Source: Octopus sinensis (Eukaryota). Taken from it: a stretch of 64,000 bases of DNA. This document shows, piece after piece, positions 25,366-36,999 of this stretch. Below the pieces are notes generated by a model. The model was given only the letters and a program-made list of their open reading frames with translations. It was not told where the DNA came from and did not search any database. The stretch covers positions 191,828,001-191,892,000 of the forward strand of contig NC_042998.1 in the NCBI RefSeq assembly GCF_006345805.1, written 5' to 3'. Made by a program: the position numbers and the translations under genes. Numbering within the stretch: position 1 is the stretch's first letter; every line of letters begins with the position of its first letter.

Positions 25366-26583
25366 GGCCGCGAAATTTTTTCCCCCACGAGAGTTCTGAA
25401 CCCCAGTTATGAACTCATTTGCATACAGCCAATCAGAGCTCAAATATCAAACTACTGTCCACCCAGTCACGAAAACACTCTGGTTGAGTTCAGTGTAAAA
25501 TGTGCATTATAGCAAAACCTAACTGTTCTAAACGGGTTTATAGGGGTGAAATTTAGTGTATAAAGTGAATGGAGAACTTTCCCCCGATTATACCATAAGT
25601 GTTGCAAATTTGCGTAATTTACTAAAAAATACAAATGTGTGTAGTTTCCTAATTTTTTGACTGACTCTGTTCATTCCTAATTTAAAATGTTGGTGTTGAT
25701 CTGGAAATATCGTAATCAATATGGCGTTGTGCCGTACTGCGCCCTCCTTGTATATATCAATGGGCACATGCAGTATCACAAATCTCATTCTGAGCCTAGG
25801 TACCTAATGTTAGCTCCATAAAGAGATGGTGCTCAATTGATCTATGAGCACGGTGACGGTGGATGTAGTGCTTATGTGTGACCTCTGTTGTACTCATAGA
25901 GTGACATACACCCTTCTATGCCTCACTGGCTGTACTGTAGTAGTATACAGTATTTTGGTTTTCAAGGTAAACTCTGATTGGCTGTATGCAAATGAATTCA
26001 TTACTGGGGTCCGGAACTCACGTGGTAAACATTTCGTGACGGGTAACGAAATTTTTCCCACGGAAGTTCCGGACCCCAGTAATGAACTCATTTGCATACA
26101 GCCAATCAGAGCTCACCTTGACCTTCTTGTCAAGTTAACAAACACACTCTACCAAGTAAACTCAAGAAGAAGAACGGTGTTGTAAGTCGACCGATCGCCA
26201 AGTTATGCCTGATTTTAGAAGGAGACAAACAATTTGATAGATTTGCATCTATATCCATTATCGGATTTTGTTAGGGCCCAATATGGTAAAGAAGTCAATA
26301 GGAAAAGAGTGGTTAGAGTCTAGTAACTTACTGTTTTACAAAGTAAGCAACAACACAAACTACACAGAGACAGCCATGGTTCAAACTAGAGCAAGAACAA
26401 CAAGCATTATCAAAAGAGAAAAGGAGCATGGGCATTCCTTATCCAAAAGCCCTTATCTTATCGCCCATCACTTGTTATGCGCTGAAAAATTAGCTTGATA
26501 TTTGAGCTCTGATTGGCTGTATGCAAATGAGCTCATAACATGGGGCCGGAACTCTCGTGGGAAAGAAAATCTCGCTACCCGGC
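25366..26583. mobile_element. Unclassified inverted-repeat element(s) with four ~75-85-bp modules
   Basis: The module CGAAATTTTTCCCACG..AGTTCCGGACCCCAG..ATGAACTCATTTGCATACAGCCAATCAGAGCTCA occurs at ~25370-25450 (+), 25962-26036 (-), 26046-26121 (+) and 26495-26575 (-). Confidence 0.75.
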
Positions 26584-26843
26584 CTCCCTTTATAATCATT
26601 CTAGTGGCATTTATATTGCTGCTATTTTCAATTTCCTTTAACCGCTACAAATGCAACGAATTTTAGTTTTTGTGTGTAGTTATATGTACATAAATACATC
26701 AATAAATACATACATGTGTGTATGTGTGTGTGTGGTGTGTGTGTGTGTGTGTGTGTCTTTGAGTCTGTGTTTGCCCCCACACATACACACACATTTGATA
26801 ATCGGTGCTGGTTTGTTTACGTCTCCGTAACTTTTAGTTTTGA

Positions 26844-26909
26844 TTTTAAGGCCGCAAAGTGTTAGTATCTTATAATTTTAAGACCGCAAAGTGTTAGCAT
26901 CCTATAATT
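26844..26909. repeat. 32-bp tandem duplication
   Basis: TTTTAAG(G/A)CCGCAAAGTGTTAG(T/C)ATC(T/C)TATAA, twice. Confidence 0.85.
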
Positions 26910-26984
26910 GTGCTTGTCATGCAGTTAGTAAGTCAGCACGTGCATTGCGATCTATTGGGCAATTATCATAAAAAAACTATGGTC

Positions 26985-27200
26985 TGGTAGAATTTTTAAC
27001 ATGTCGAAAAAAAATGCCTCTCGGCATTTTTTCCGATTTTACATTCCTGACTCAAATCATAGCAAGATCGACTTAGCTTTTTATCCTTTTATGGTTGATA
27101 AAATAAGAACTAATGAGGCACTGGAGTTGAGGTGATTGACTAACCCACCCCTCGCAGAACCAAACATTGCTGGCCTTGAGCCAATAATAGGAAAATTATA
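26985..27200 (+). mobile_element. Old SINE related to family B
   Basis: Decayed GATCGACTTAGCTTTTTATCCTTTT.TGGTTGATAAAATAAG central domain. Confidence 0.65.
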
Positions 27201-27273
27201 TCTCCTTCATTACAATTAGAAATATTGCCCTCGGGCTGGATTCTGATAGTCTTATTAACTTCGGAAGCATATT

Positions 27274-27504
27274 TATTTCTTTATTGCCCACAGGGGCAAA
27301 ACATAGAAGGGACAAACAAGGACAGACAGAGGGATTAAATCTATTACATCGACCCCAGTACGTAACTGGTACTTATTTAATCGGCCCCGAAAGGATGAAA
27401 GGCAAAGTCGACCTCGGCGGAATTTGAACTCAGAACGTAACGGCAGACGAAATACCGCTAAGCATTTCGCCCGGCGTGCTAACGATTCTGCCAGCTCGCC
27501 GCCC
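27274..27504 (-). mobile_element. Full-length tRNA-derived SINE (family B) with target-site duplication
   Basis: Head GGCGGCGAGCTGGCAGAATCGTTAGC..GAGTTCAAATTCC; central GTCGACTTTGCCTTTCATCCTTTCGGGG; 17-bp TSD AACTTCG(G/A)AAGCATATT at 27257-27273 and 27507-27523. Confidence 0.92.
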
Positions 27505-27644
27505 TAAACTTCGAAAGCATATTGGATTGTAAAATAGTGAAACTCGTGCATGAGAATATATTGAACACATTGCCACGATACGTCTTCAGAAAAGTTAGAT
27601 CACAAAAGCAAAACGACAGCAAATTTAGTAGAACCCAGTTTTAA

Positions 27645-27875
27645 GGTGAGCTGGCAGAATCGTTAGCACGCCGGGCGAAATGCTTAGTGGTATTTCGTCT
27701 GCTACTACGTTCTGGGTTCAAATTCCGCCAAGGTCGACTCTGCCTTTCATCCTTTCGGGGTCGATTAAATAAGTACCAGTTACGCACTGGGGTCGATATA
27801 ATTGACTTAATCCGTTTGTCTGTCCTTGTTTATCCCCTCTGTGTTTAGCCCCTCGTGGGTAGTAAGGAAATAGGT
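27645..27875 (+). mobile_element. SINE family B, full length
   Basis: Reverse-complement match to 27274-27504. A separate family A tail follows at 27907-27970. Confidence 0.92.
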
Positions 27876-28757
27876 ATGTGCTTGTGAAATAATTTAACAG
27901 AGAAAGGAGGTGCTCCAGCATGGCCACAGTCAATGACTGAAACAAGCGAAAGAATAAAGGAATAAAAGAATGCATCGCTATTATAAATAGGGAAATTAAT
28001 CCCAAGGGTTATATGTACTGTTGGGTCTATTTATTTATTTCTCCATGAAATCGTTGTTTTACAACCGTACTTACCTTAACTCTTTTAATAGAGCTTTATT
28101 ATCTATTAATGTACTGAATATTGGATATTCGTTTTGCAGTTGTTTATAACTGTCTCTAACATTAGATCAATGGAAACAACACTGAATCATGAAAATAGAT
28201 AAGAAAATAATTTTCAGTGTATGACTCTTTCAGCTCAGTAATTTGACATATTTGCCCTCACCGGTCTTTGTATTGATCGTAGCAACTGTATAGCAGCCAG
28301 TCATTTTGTTTTGGAAAACACAGACGAGCTAACAGACGTTAGCTCGGTGATGTACCGAAACAGAAATTAAAGTAACAAATACTTTTATTACTATTTTATC
28401 TAATATTGTGCTTCTTTCAGCAGTAACAGTAAAGTTACTTTCAACTTACACTTTCGACATGTCACCACACTCAAATTAATTTTTACTATCAATTGATACT
28501 AAAAATAAATTTCATAAGGTAGTAACTGAGTCTGCTTTGAACGACTATTGATTTGATACATCACGATGTAACAGACATCATTATCATTCGCTTCTCATTT
28601 TTCTTTCTTTCCTTTTTTGTTCATCATTAACATCATCATCCCCGCCGTTACCACTAACATGGCAACTACCGTCATTGTCGTCACCATTAGCATCCTCGTT
28701 GTTGTCGTGAACGTCGTCAACATCACATCATCATCATCATCTTTATAATTATTATCT

Positions 28758-29427
28758 TTATTGAGTGAGAGAGCAGTGCATGCCATCAAAGAGACACTGA
28801 GGTACTAATAAACGAAACTCAGTATGACTACCCGTATGATTGATGTAAGCACATGCATCACATTCATACGTGAACAATATGGTGATGGCTTATGAAGATA
28901 AACAGCGCATGACCTTGCAGGTGGGACCCGGGTAGAATTTTCTTCCGGTCGAGTAGACCATCCCACACAAAAGGTCCCTGAATAAGGTTTGTTTTAAGGA
29001 TGATGAACAAAACACCCATATTTCTAGAGGTGAAATATTCAATCCCCAAAGAATTCGTCTCAACACATGGCTATGATGCTCCCCCACTGCTTCTGCTCGT
29101 GATCAGATATATATATATTTTGTCAACCACGAAGGGACATGTTCAACTGGTCATGGTCAAGCAACTAGCAAGCAAGTCTGTGGTATTGGGCAGAATATTT
29201 GATGAAGCTCAGCTTTTACACCAAGACAAAAGATGTACATGATAACACTTCCAATCATTTACGATCAGAAGACATGAGAGACAGTACCTGATATTGCATA
29301 GCAAAGTGCCGCTGGAGTACAAATATACGAAGCCGAATATACACTTCATGACTACCCGTCCGATAGGGACATCTGCTCTATTGGTTATTATCAAGCAAGT
29401 GAGAAGCAAATCTGTGTATTGAGAAGA
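28758..29427 (-). mobile_element. Non-coding ~550-bp retro-type repeat (family D), plus a deleted second copy
   Basis: Aligns with 31911-32291; the minus-strand 3' end ...GCACTGCTCTCTCACTCAATAA runs into (AAT)/(GAT)n. The second copy is split by the foldback and resumes at 31794-31870. Confidence 0.75.
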
Positions 29428-31793
29428 AGTGTAAGAGAAAATCCACCTAGGACAAAAGTCCCAGGGGAAAAGCTCCCGGGACAAATTCCCCATAAGTTAA
29501 AGTGTGAAAGTGGGCAAAAGCCGCACAGCCACACGGACAAAAGCCCCATTCTTCGACTATTTTTTCGTTCTTTTTTCGTTTCACCTTTTACATGTTTCAG
29601 TCATTAGACTAATTCCAAGCTGGGGCACCGCCTTGAAGAATTTTTAGTTGAACGTATCGATCTCGGAACTTTTTTCTTCTCTTATTGCTTGTTGCAGCTA
29701 TTAGATTGCGGCCATGCTGGGGCACCATATTGAAGAATTTCTAGTCGAATGTATCGGCGATAAAGTTTTTTTCTGTGTTTACTTGTTGAGTTATTAAACT
29801 GCAGCCATACTGGGGCACCACCTTGAGAAAATTTTATTCGAACGTAACGATCCCAGAATGTTTTTGAATGATTTTCAACCTGCGCATAAAGTTAAGCCTA
29901 GCAGGTATCTCCACATGCGAGAAATAACAGCCAAATCTTTTGAAATTTTTTATAACGCCTTCGGTTTTTATATTTTCTAAAAATCTTTTTATTTGTTTCC
30001 GTCCTTGGACTGCGGCCATACTAGGGCACCAGCTTGAGAAATTTTTGGCCGTAGAAAAATCAGCATTTTGTTTTCTCCTCTTGGCACTTACAGATTAATG
30101 AGAATAAGTTGACCTTTTGAACTTTCTCTGGCCGTTGAAGGTCTGACAGAATTATGGCTCCGAATGGCAGTCATTCAAACGTACTTCTTGTTGTTTTTAT
30201 GTTTCTACGCATTTCTTGAAGTAAATGCTTTCCCGTTTGTTAGAATTCAAACAATATGTACATTGATTAGTAAAGAGTCTTGTGTTCTGTTATTCTATTA
30301 TTGATGCTATGGTTGATTTATTTTCATTTTCAAAATTATTATAAAATTATTCTAAAAAACGAAGATAATTGAAACACAGAACATACCATTGTGAGGGACT
30401 TAGATGTTTTGCAACCGTTTTACGATTGGATATATTTTGTTTACTTAAAAATAGGAATTTTGGAAAATAATATATTTGTTTTACAACATCGATTTCCGTT
30501 TTTGTTTACGTGAAATTATAACAGAAAATTTGTAACATACGGCTGTTATTTCTAGCGTGTGGAGAGACATTCTAGGCTTAGCTTTATGTGCTTGTTGAAA
30601 ATCACCTAAAAATCATTCTGGCGTCGATACATTCGACTAAAAATTCTTCAAGGCGGTGGCCCAGCATGGCTGCTACCCAGTGTCTGGAACAGGCAAAAAG
30701 ATCTTTAGAAAATATAAAAACGAAGAATAACCAACAAATATAGCCGGAGAGTAGGGTTATAAAAAATTTCAAGAGATTTGGCTATTATTTCTAGGATGTC
30801 GAGAGTCCTTCTAGGCTTAACTTCAAGCCCTGGTTGAAAATCATCTAAAAATATTCTGGAGTCGATGATTTGGTGAATGTCATGCACGATAGCTACGCAA
30901 CTCAACACCTTGTTAAATGCCGACCAACTAACACCAGAGTGGTTGATATTGGGTAGGACAGTATCTCAACAGGCTACAAATGACAGCCAAATCCCTTGAT
31001 CGTTTTTTATAACACCCTCCGGTATTTTTCTTTCATTTTCTAAAAATCTTTCTGCTTGTTTCAGACACTAGACTGCAGCCATGCTGGGGCACTTCCTTGA
31101 AGAATTTTTAGTCGCGAAAATTCATCGTTTTAAAATATATAATTAAAATCTTTTCTTTTCTTCTCTCAGCACTTACAGATTAATGAGAATAAGCTGATCT
31201 TTTGAACTTTTTCCGGCCGGTCAAGGTCTAATAGAATTATGGCGCCGAAGGCTAGTTATTTAAACGTACTTCTTATCGATCTTATGTTTCTACACATTTC
31301 TTGAAATAAATGCTTTCCCGTTTGTTAGAATTCAGACAATATGTAGATTGAGTAGTAGAGAGTCTTGCGTTTTGTTATTCTATTATTCTATTCTACTTAA
31401 TTATTTTCGATTGAAAATATTTTGTTTACTTAAAATTTGGAAATTTGGAAAATAAATTTATTTTTACAACCGCAATATCCGTTTTTGTTTATGTGAAATT
31501 ATAAAAATAAAAAAAAATTGATTTGGCTGTTATTTCTTGCATAAGGAGAGACCTTCTAGGCCTAATTCATACGCTGGTTGAAAAGCATTTAGAAAAATGC
31601 TGAGGTCGATAAATTCGACTAAAAGTTCTTCAAATTGGTACTCCAGCATGGCCGCAGTCTAATGACTGAAACAAGTAAAAGGTGAAAAAAATAAACAACG
31701 ACATAATAATCAAAAGATATAACCATAGGGCTTTTGTCCACTTTCACACTTTAAGTATGAGGCGTTTCTCCTAGGGAAATTATGTCCTACACT
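29428..31793. mobile_element. Foldback-type element with GGACAAAAGCCCC subterminal repeats and arrays of SINE/LINE tail motifs
   Basis: Inverted termini AGTGTAAGA / TCCTACACT; TTAAAGTGTGAAAGTGGGCAAAAGCC inverted against GGCTTTTGTCCACTTTCACACTTTAA; internal direct duplication ~30060-30700 / 31140-31680. Confidence 0.8.
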
Positions 31794-31910
31794 CAGACAA
31801 AACAATGTACATGGTAACACTTCGAATCAGAAAGCCTTGAGAGCCAGCGCTTGGTACTGCATCAGGGCATCTATTATCATCATCATCATCATCATCATCA
31901 TTATTATTTT

Positions 31911-32291
31911 TATTGAGTGAGAGAGCAGTGCATGCCATCAAAGTGACACTGGAGTAAAATATACAAGCCCAATATACCCATCATGACTACCCGTCTGATA
32001 AGGGTACACCAGGCACATGCATCACAACCATATGTGCGCGACATGGTGATCTCATATCAAGATAAACAGCACATGACCTGCTCAAAAGGTCCCTGAATAA
32101 GGGTTGTTTAAGGATGTTGAATGAAACACCCATGTTTCCAGAGGTGAATTATTCAAACCCCAAATAATCCCTCTCAACACATGGCTATGATGCTCCCCCA
32201 CTACTTCTGCTCGTGATCAGAGATGCACATATCGTCAGCCTCTAAGGGATATGCTCAACTGGTTAAGGTCACACAACTGACAAGCAAATCT
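31911..32291 (-). mobile_element. Family D repeat, 5'-truncated
   Basis: Homologous to 28758-29180; flanked by (ATC)n and (ATT)n. Confidence 0.8.
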
Positions 32292-32307
32292 ATTATTATT
32301 ATTATTA

Positions 32308-32362
<55 letters not shown>

Positions 32363-32511
32363 CATTATTATTATTACTACTATTTATTACGTCGGGGTCG
32401 ACTTTGTCTTTCATATTTTCGGGCTCGATAAAAAAAGGAGTACCAGTCGAGCAGTGGGGTCAATGCAATCGACTTAATCCCCTCCCCAAAATTTTATCTT
32501 TAGCGGTAGCT

Positions 32512-32551
<40 letters not shown>

Positions 32552-32811
32552 CAGCAGTAGTAGTTTAGGTAATAACAGTAGGTTTTATATTTATTGCCAC
32601 AGTTGTCATATCATACTACCTTTTTTTTTTACCACACAAACACAGATCTGTACGTCTTTGTATGGACAGTCGATCGTTTCATTTTGTTTGAATTAAGACA
32701 TCTTAGAAAATGTGAGTGTATCACTCATAAGTTCTATTTTCAGAATTCCGCATGTGGAGTAATTCCCTTCATGTCTTATTTGTTTCTATCTTTTATTTAT
32801 ATTAATTACTG

Positions 32812-33395
32812 TTTTACTCTTTTACTTGTTTCAGTCATTTGACAGCGGCCATGCTGGAGCACCGCCTTTAGTCGAGCAACTCGACCCCGGGACTTATTCT
32901 TTGTAAGCCCAGTACTTATTCTATCGGTCTCTTTTGCCGAACCTCTAAGTGACGGGGACATAAACACACCAGCATCGGTTGTCAAGCAATGCTAGGGGGA
33001 CAAACACAGACCCACAAACACGCACACACACACACATATATACATATATATACGGGAAGCTTACGAAAATAAACATAAGACGAAGGCAGGTGGAGTACAA
33101 ACAAACAATTGTATTAGTATGGCGCTCAGGAATAGAAATAAAACAAGTCTTTTACGTTTCGAGCCTACGCTCTTCAACAGAAAGATACACAGAAAAGAAA
33201 CACGGAGAGAAATACATATATATACATAAATACGACGGGCTTCTTTCAGTTTCCGTCTACCAAATCCACTCACAAGGCTGTGATCGGCCCGAGGCTATAG
33301 TAGTAGACACTTGCCCAAGATGCCACACAGTGGGACTGAACCCGGAACCATGTGGTTGCTAAGCAAGCTACTTACCACACAGCCACTCCTGCGCC
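32812..33395 (-). mobile_element. SINE family A, full length, with a nested insertion
   Basis: Collinear with 12731-13140 except for a 159-bp insert at 33054-33212. Confidence 0.92.
33054..33212 (-). mobile_element. Penelope pseudo-LTR-like insert with a minimal hammerhead motif
   Basis: Minus strand TCTTT-CTGTTGA-A-GAGC(GTAG)GCTC-GAAAC-GTA-AAAGA (33148-33185); flanked by duplicated TACATATATATAC. Confidence 0.75.
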
Positions 33396-33708
33396 TAATT
33401 GTAGTCGAGTTGTAGAAACTATCCATTAGTATTAGAAACTATACAGTTATTGATACCTGTGACTTAATTCCTTCTCTACGGATCTGTCGCCTTGTGGATA
33501 TTTTCTTGTTTATTGTGTCTTTGATCTTGGTTCCAGAATTATGTACGTGATTTGTTTTGCTGTGATTGGATATGATTTAATTGAGTTGTACTTTTTATTC
33601 GTAGTATTTATAGTTTTATCTATATCCTATTCATTATCATTATTATCAGATATTTTCCATACCATTTTTCTTATTTACGTTTACGATATAAGTGTATTAT
33701 ATTAGAAA

Positions 33709-34228
33709 CTAGCAGAGATACCCGCCGTTGCCTGGTTACATTCAATTCAAGAATTAGACTTTTCTGTTATATTTTCTGTAATGAACTGGACAATCTATGT
33801 TTCGAATTTCATCCAAATTGCAGATGAGGGTTATTTCCCTCTTTACACACCTTAAAAAATTTGTAATCGTGCCACATGTATCCCATACTACTGACTTTTA
33901 TGCGCATATTCCAAAATTCCAGTGTTATTGAACCTGTGAAAAAGACTTTGCTCCTAAAAAATGAAGGTCATGGAGCTCTAAAATGTGATAGTTAAGGCCC
34001 CTGTTGGAGGTGGGCATCTTAATGTCAACCAGAGAAGTTGAATTGTTGAAAATCTTTTTAACTTGGGTCTTATATCTATTGTTTGAATTTCTTTGAAATA
34101 GGAAATATATGTTCATTGGGTTTGTAAAAGACAGGAAAGCTACAGGAAACCAAAAGACGAATGATTACAATAAGCAGTCAGTTACCCAACCCTAGTCGTT
34201 ACTTGAAGTACCGGTTCAAGAACTATGT

Positions 34229-34291
<63 letters not shown>

Positions 34292-34293
34292 CA

Positions 34294-34356
<63 letters not shown>

Positions 34357-35442
34357 ACACACACACTTACACAAACACACACACAGATAAATTGATAGAT
34401 ACAACTGAGTGGGCAAACAAAAATATGACACACTGCATAATGCTTTTTTTATTTTAATAAGCCTGGTACTTATTATTTCAGTTTCTTCTTGTGAAACCAG
34501 TAAGTTATGGGGATGTAAATAAACGAACACCAGTTGTGAAACAGTGATGAGGGAGAAACACAAAGACACACACATAGACTTACATATATTCATACATATA
34601 CTTACAATTGATTTCTTTCAGTTTCTGTCTACAAAATCCACTGACAAGGCTTTGGTTGTTCTGACGTTATAGCAGAAGACACATGCCAAGTTACCACACA
34701 GTGGGACTGAACTGAGGACCATGTGTTTTGGAACCAAGTTTGTTACCACACAGCCACACCTGCACCTATGTATATGTGTGTGTGTGGGGGGGAGTCTGTG
34801 TGTGTGTGTGTATGGTGTATATATGTATGCATGTATATATATGTATATATATATATATATATGTGTACATATTACATGTACATCTATATATACATCTAGG
34901 CATATATGTTTACATGTATATCTATAGAAATACATCTATACATATACAGCTATACATATACATGTATACATATACATCTATATATATATACATATACATG
35001 TATATATATATATTATATATATATATATATATAATATATATATATATATACATACATATACATACAATAGAGAGATGCTTTTGTTTCACTTTTAACACGT
35101 AATACTGAAATAGTGGAGAAGATGTGATATTGCTGTGGGCTCGCCCTATGCAAGACGTTAAGCATTCTTTTGCCCATGACACTACATGGACCCTAAGTAA
35201 GTCATGTGTAAAATTTGAATGAAATTGGTTTTGTAGTTCTCAAATTTTAGGGATTCATAGTGGAGAAGATATGATATTGCTATGGGCTCGCCCTAGGCAA
35301 GAAGTTAATAGAATTTTTGCCCATGACATTCCTTGGACCCAAAGTAAGGCATGTGTAAAATTTGAATGAAATTGGTTGTGTAGTTCTCAGGTTTTACGGA
35401 CTCACACAGACAGACACATTCTCAGTTTTATATATATATAGA
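33709..35442 (-). mobile_element. Non-autonomous Helitron
   Basis: Minus strand begins A|TCTATATATATATAAAACTGAGAATGTGTCTGTCTGTG and ends in a GC-rich imperfect hairpin plus CTGCTAG|T. It contains a 147-bp tandem duplication (35110-35256 / 35257-35403), a decayed family A SINE (~34455-34768) and microsatellites. Confidence 0.75.
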
Positions 35443-35936
35443 TTTCCTCATAGATCGAAAGAAACTTTCTAATAATATGCGCTCGGTCCGAAATTTGTCA
35501 TTTAATATAAAACAGAAAGTCAGAGAACTTATTAATACAAAATCGGATGGCATTATTAGTTGGTGACGTTAAGAGCTGGCATCCATGTGTTGCTTTGGTA
35601 CTGTACAGCTTGTAGTGCGTTCATAGGAATGATAATCAATATTGCTTTCCTACAACTACATACCAATATAGAGATTTTATATTTATTGTTTCAGTTCTTA
35701 TTATTTACTATAAAAAGAAAAAATCTATAAATATTGCAATTACGAAGAAATGTGTCATTTTGAAAAAATAACATAATCAGTATCGTCATTTTCTTGGTCA
35801 TAATTATCATTATAATCATTCTGTCCATCTGCAAATTATCTACGCCATCATCGTCATCATCATCGCCCTCCTCCTCCTCCTCCTTCTCATCATCATCATC
35901 ATCCTCATCATCACTGTTTTCAATGTTAATTTCAAT

Positions 35937-36293
35937 ATCAAGCTTAAAATGTTATTCATGTTAATGGTGTTAACGAGACTAAGAAATTATCAGTTAACAC
36001 ATTAAAATATTGGCTTATTTTTCAGATTTTATTGTTTTAGTCACTGTTTGAAATCATCTAAATATTTTAGAAGCACACGTAAACTAAAATTGTTACAATT
36101 TTTATAAGAAAGTTTAATAATTGCTCTGAATTTTAAAGTGGAATTTTCTTTAGGTAAATTTACAAACATTTTATGTATTTCTTTACATGCTATTTGTATA
36201 TTTCTAGTTTATTGAAAGAAAAGAATATTTTCCGGAGTAAATAATTTCTCGAATAAATGGTTTAAACTTAGATATTTTAAACGAAATAAATTT
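35937..36293 (+). repeat. ~357-bp direct repeat, copy 1
   Basis: Highly similar to 41588-41945. Confidence 0.92.
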
Positions 36294-36999
36294 TGTATTT
36301 CTATTGTACGTTTAGTTTGAGCGTTTTCTTTAATAGAAAATGGAATACATATTGATTTCAGACATACATATACTTCTCGTACAAACACAAAGCTATACGA
36401 GTGTCATGTTGATTGAGTCAATTTCTATATATGTATCGGCGCGTATGGATGAAGAGCAAACTTAACCTGAGCAGGATTTGGACTCATAAAGCAAAAGGAA
36501 GTAACGTCTTGTCATGTACTCAAATGTTGTGCCATTGACTGCTTCAATACGAAACTCAAGATGAACTTCAAGTTGAAACACAAAAAAAAAAAAAAAACTA
36601 AGCTTTGATTCCTTACCTATTTCCTTCTATTGCACCGATAATGCTGTAAACCATTGTACATAAAATAAAGCAGTTTAGCATGTTACGAACATTATTCGCA
36701 ATGTCTTTTCACTTTTTTCTTTGACAAAATAATGATTCTAATCACTTTCTCTTGCACAGTTGGTAAGAATACATATCTCGTATTTGTTTACATATGAATT
36801 ATTAAAGAGCTAATTTCTGACCCTCTTCTTTTATATTTATCTCGTTAAGCTACATCGCGGTCAGACTAGCGAAAAATTATTCTAGAAGACTTTCTACCGA
36901 CTTCGTATCAAGAAGCATTCTTTCAATCCTGACTTTAAGAACTGTAGTTCTCTCCTCATAGAAAAGCATCCTTGGAACGGAGAGAGAATACTTTGCTAA

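Noticed and set aside
28321-28362. CAGACGA-GCTAAC/GTTAGC hairpin followed by GAAAC as a hammerhead
   Set aside because: An extra hairpin separates stem II from GAAA, and there is no stem I/III or cleavage triplet.
29590-30050. CRISPR-like repeat-spacer array
   Set aside because: Eukaryotic context, degenerate units derived from a SINE tail, related spacers and no cas genes.
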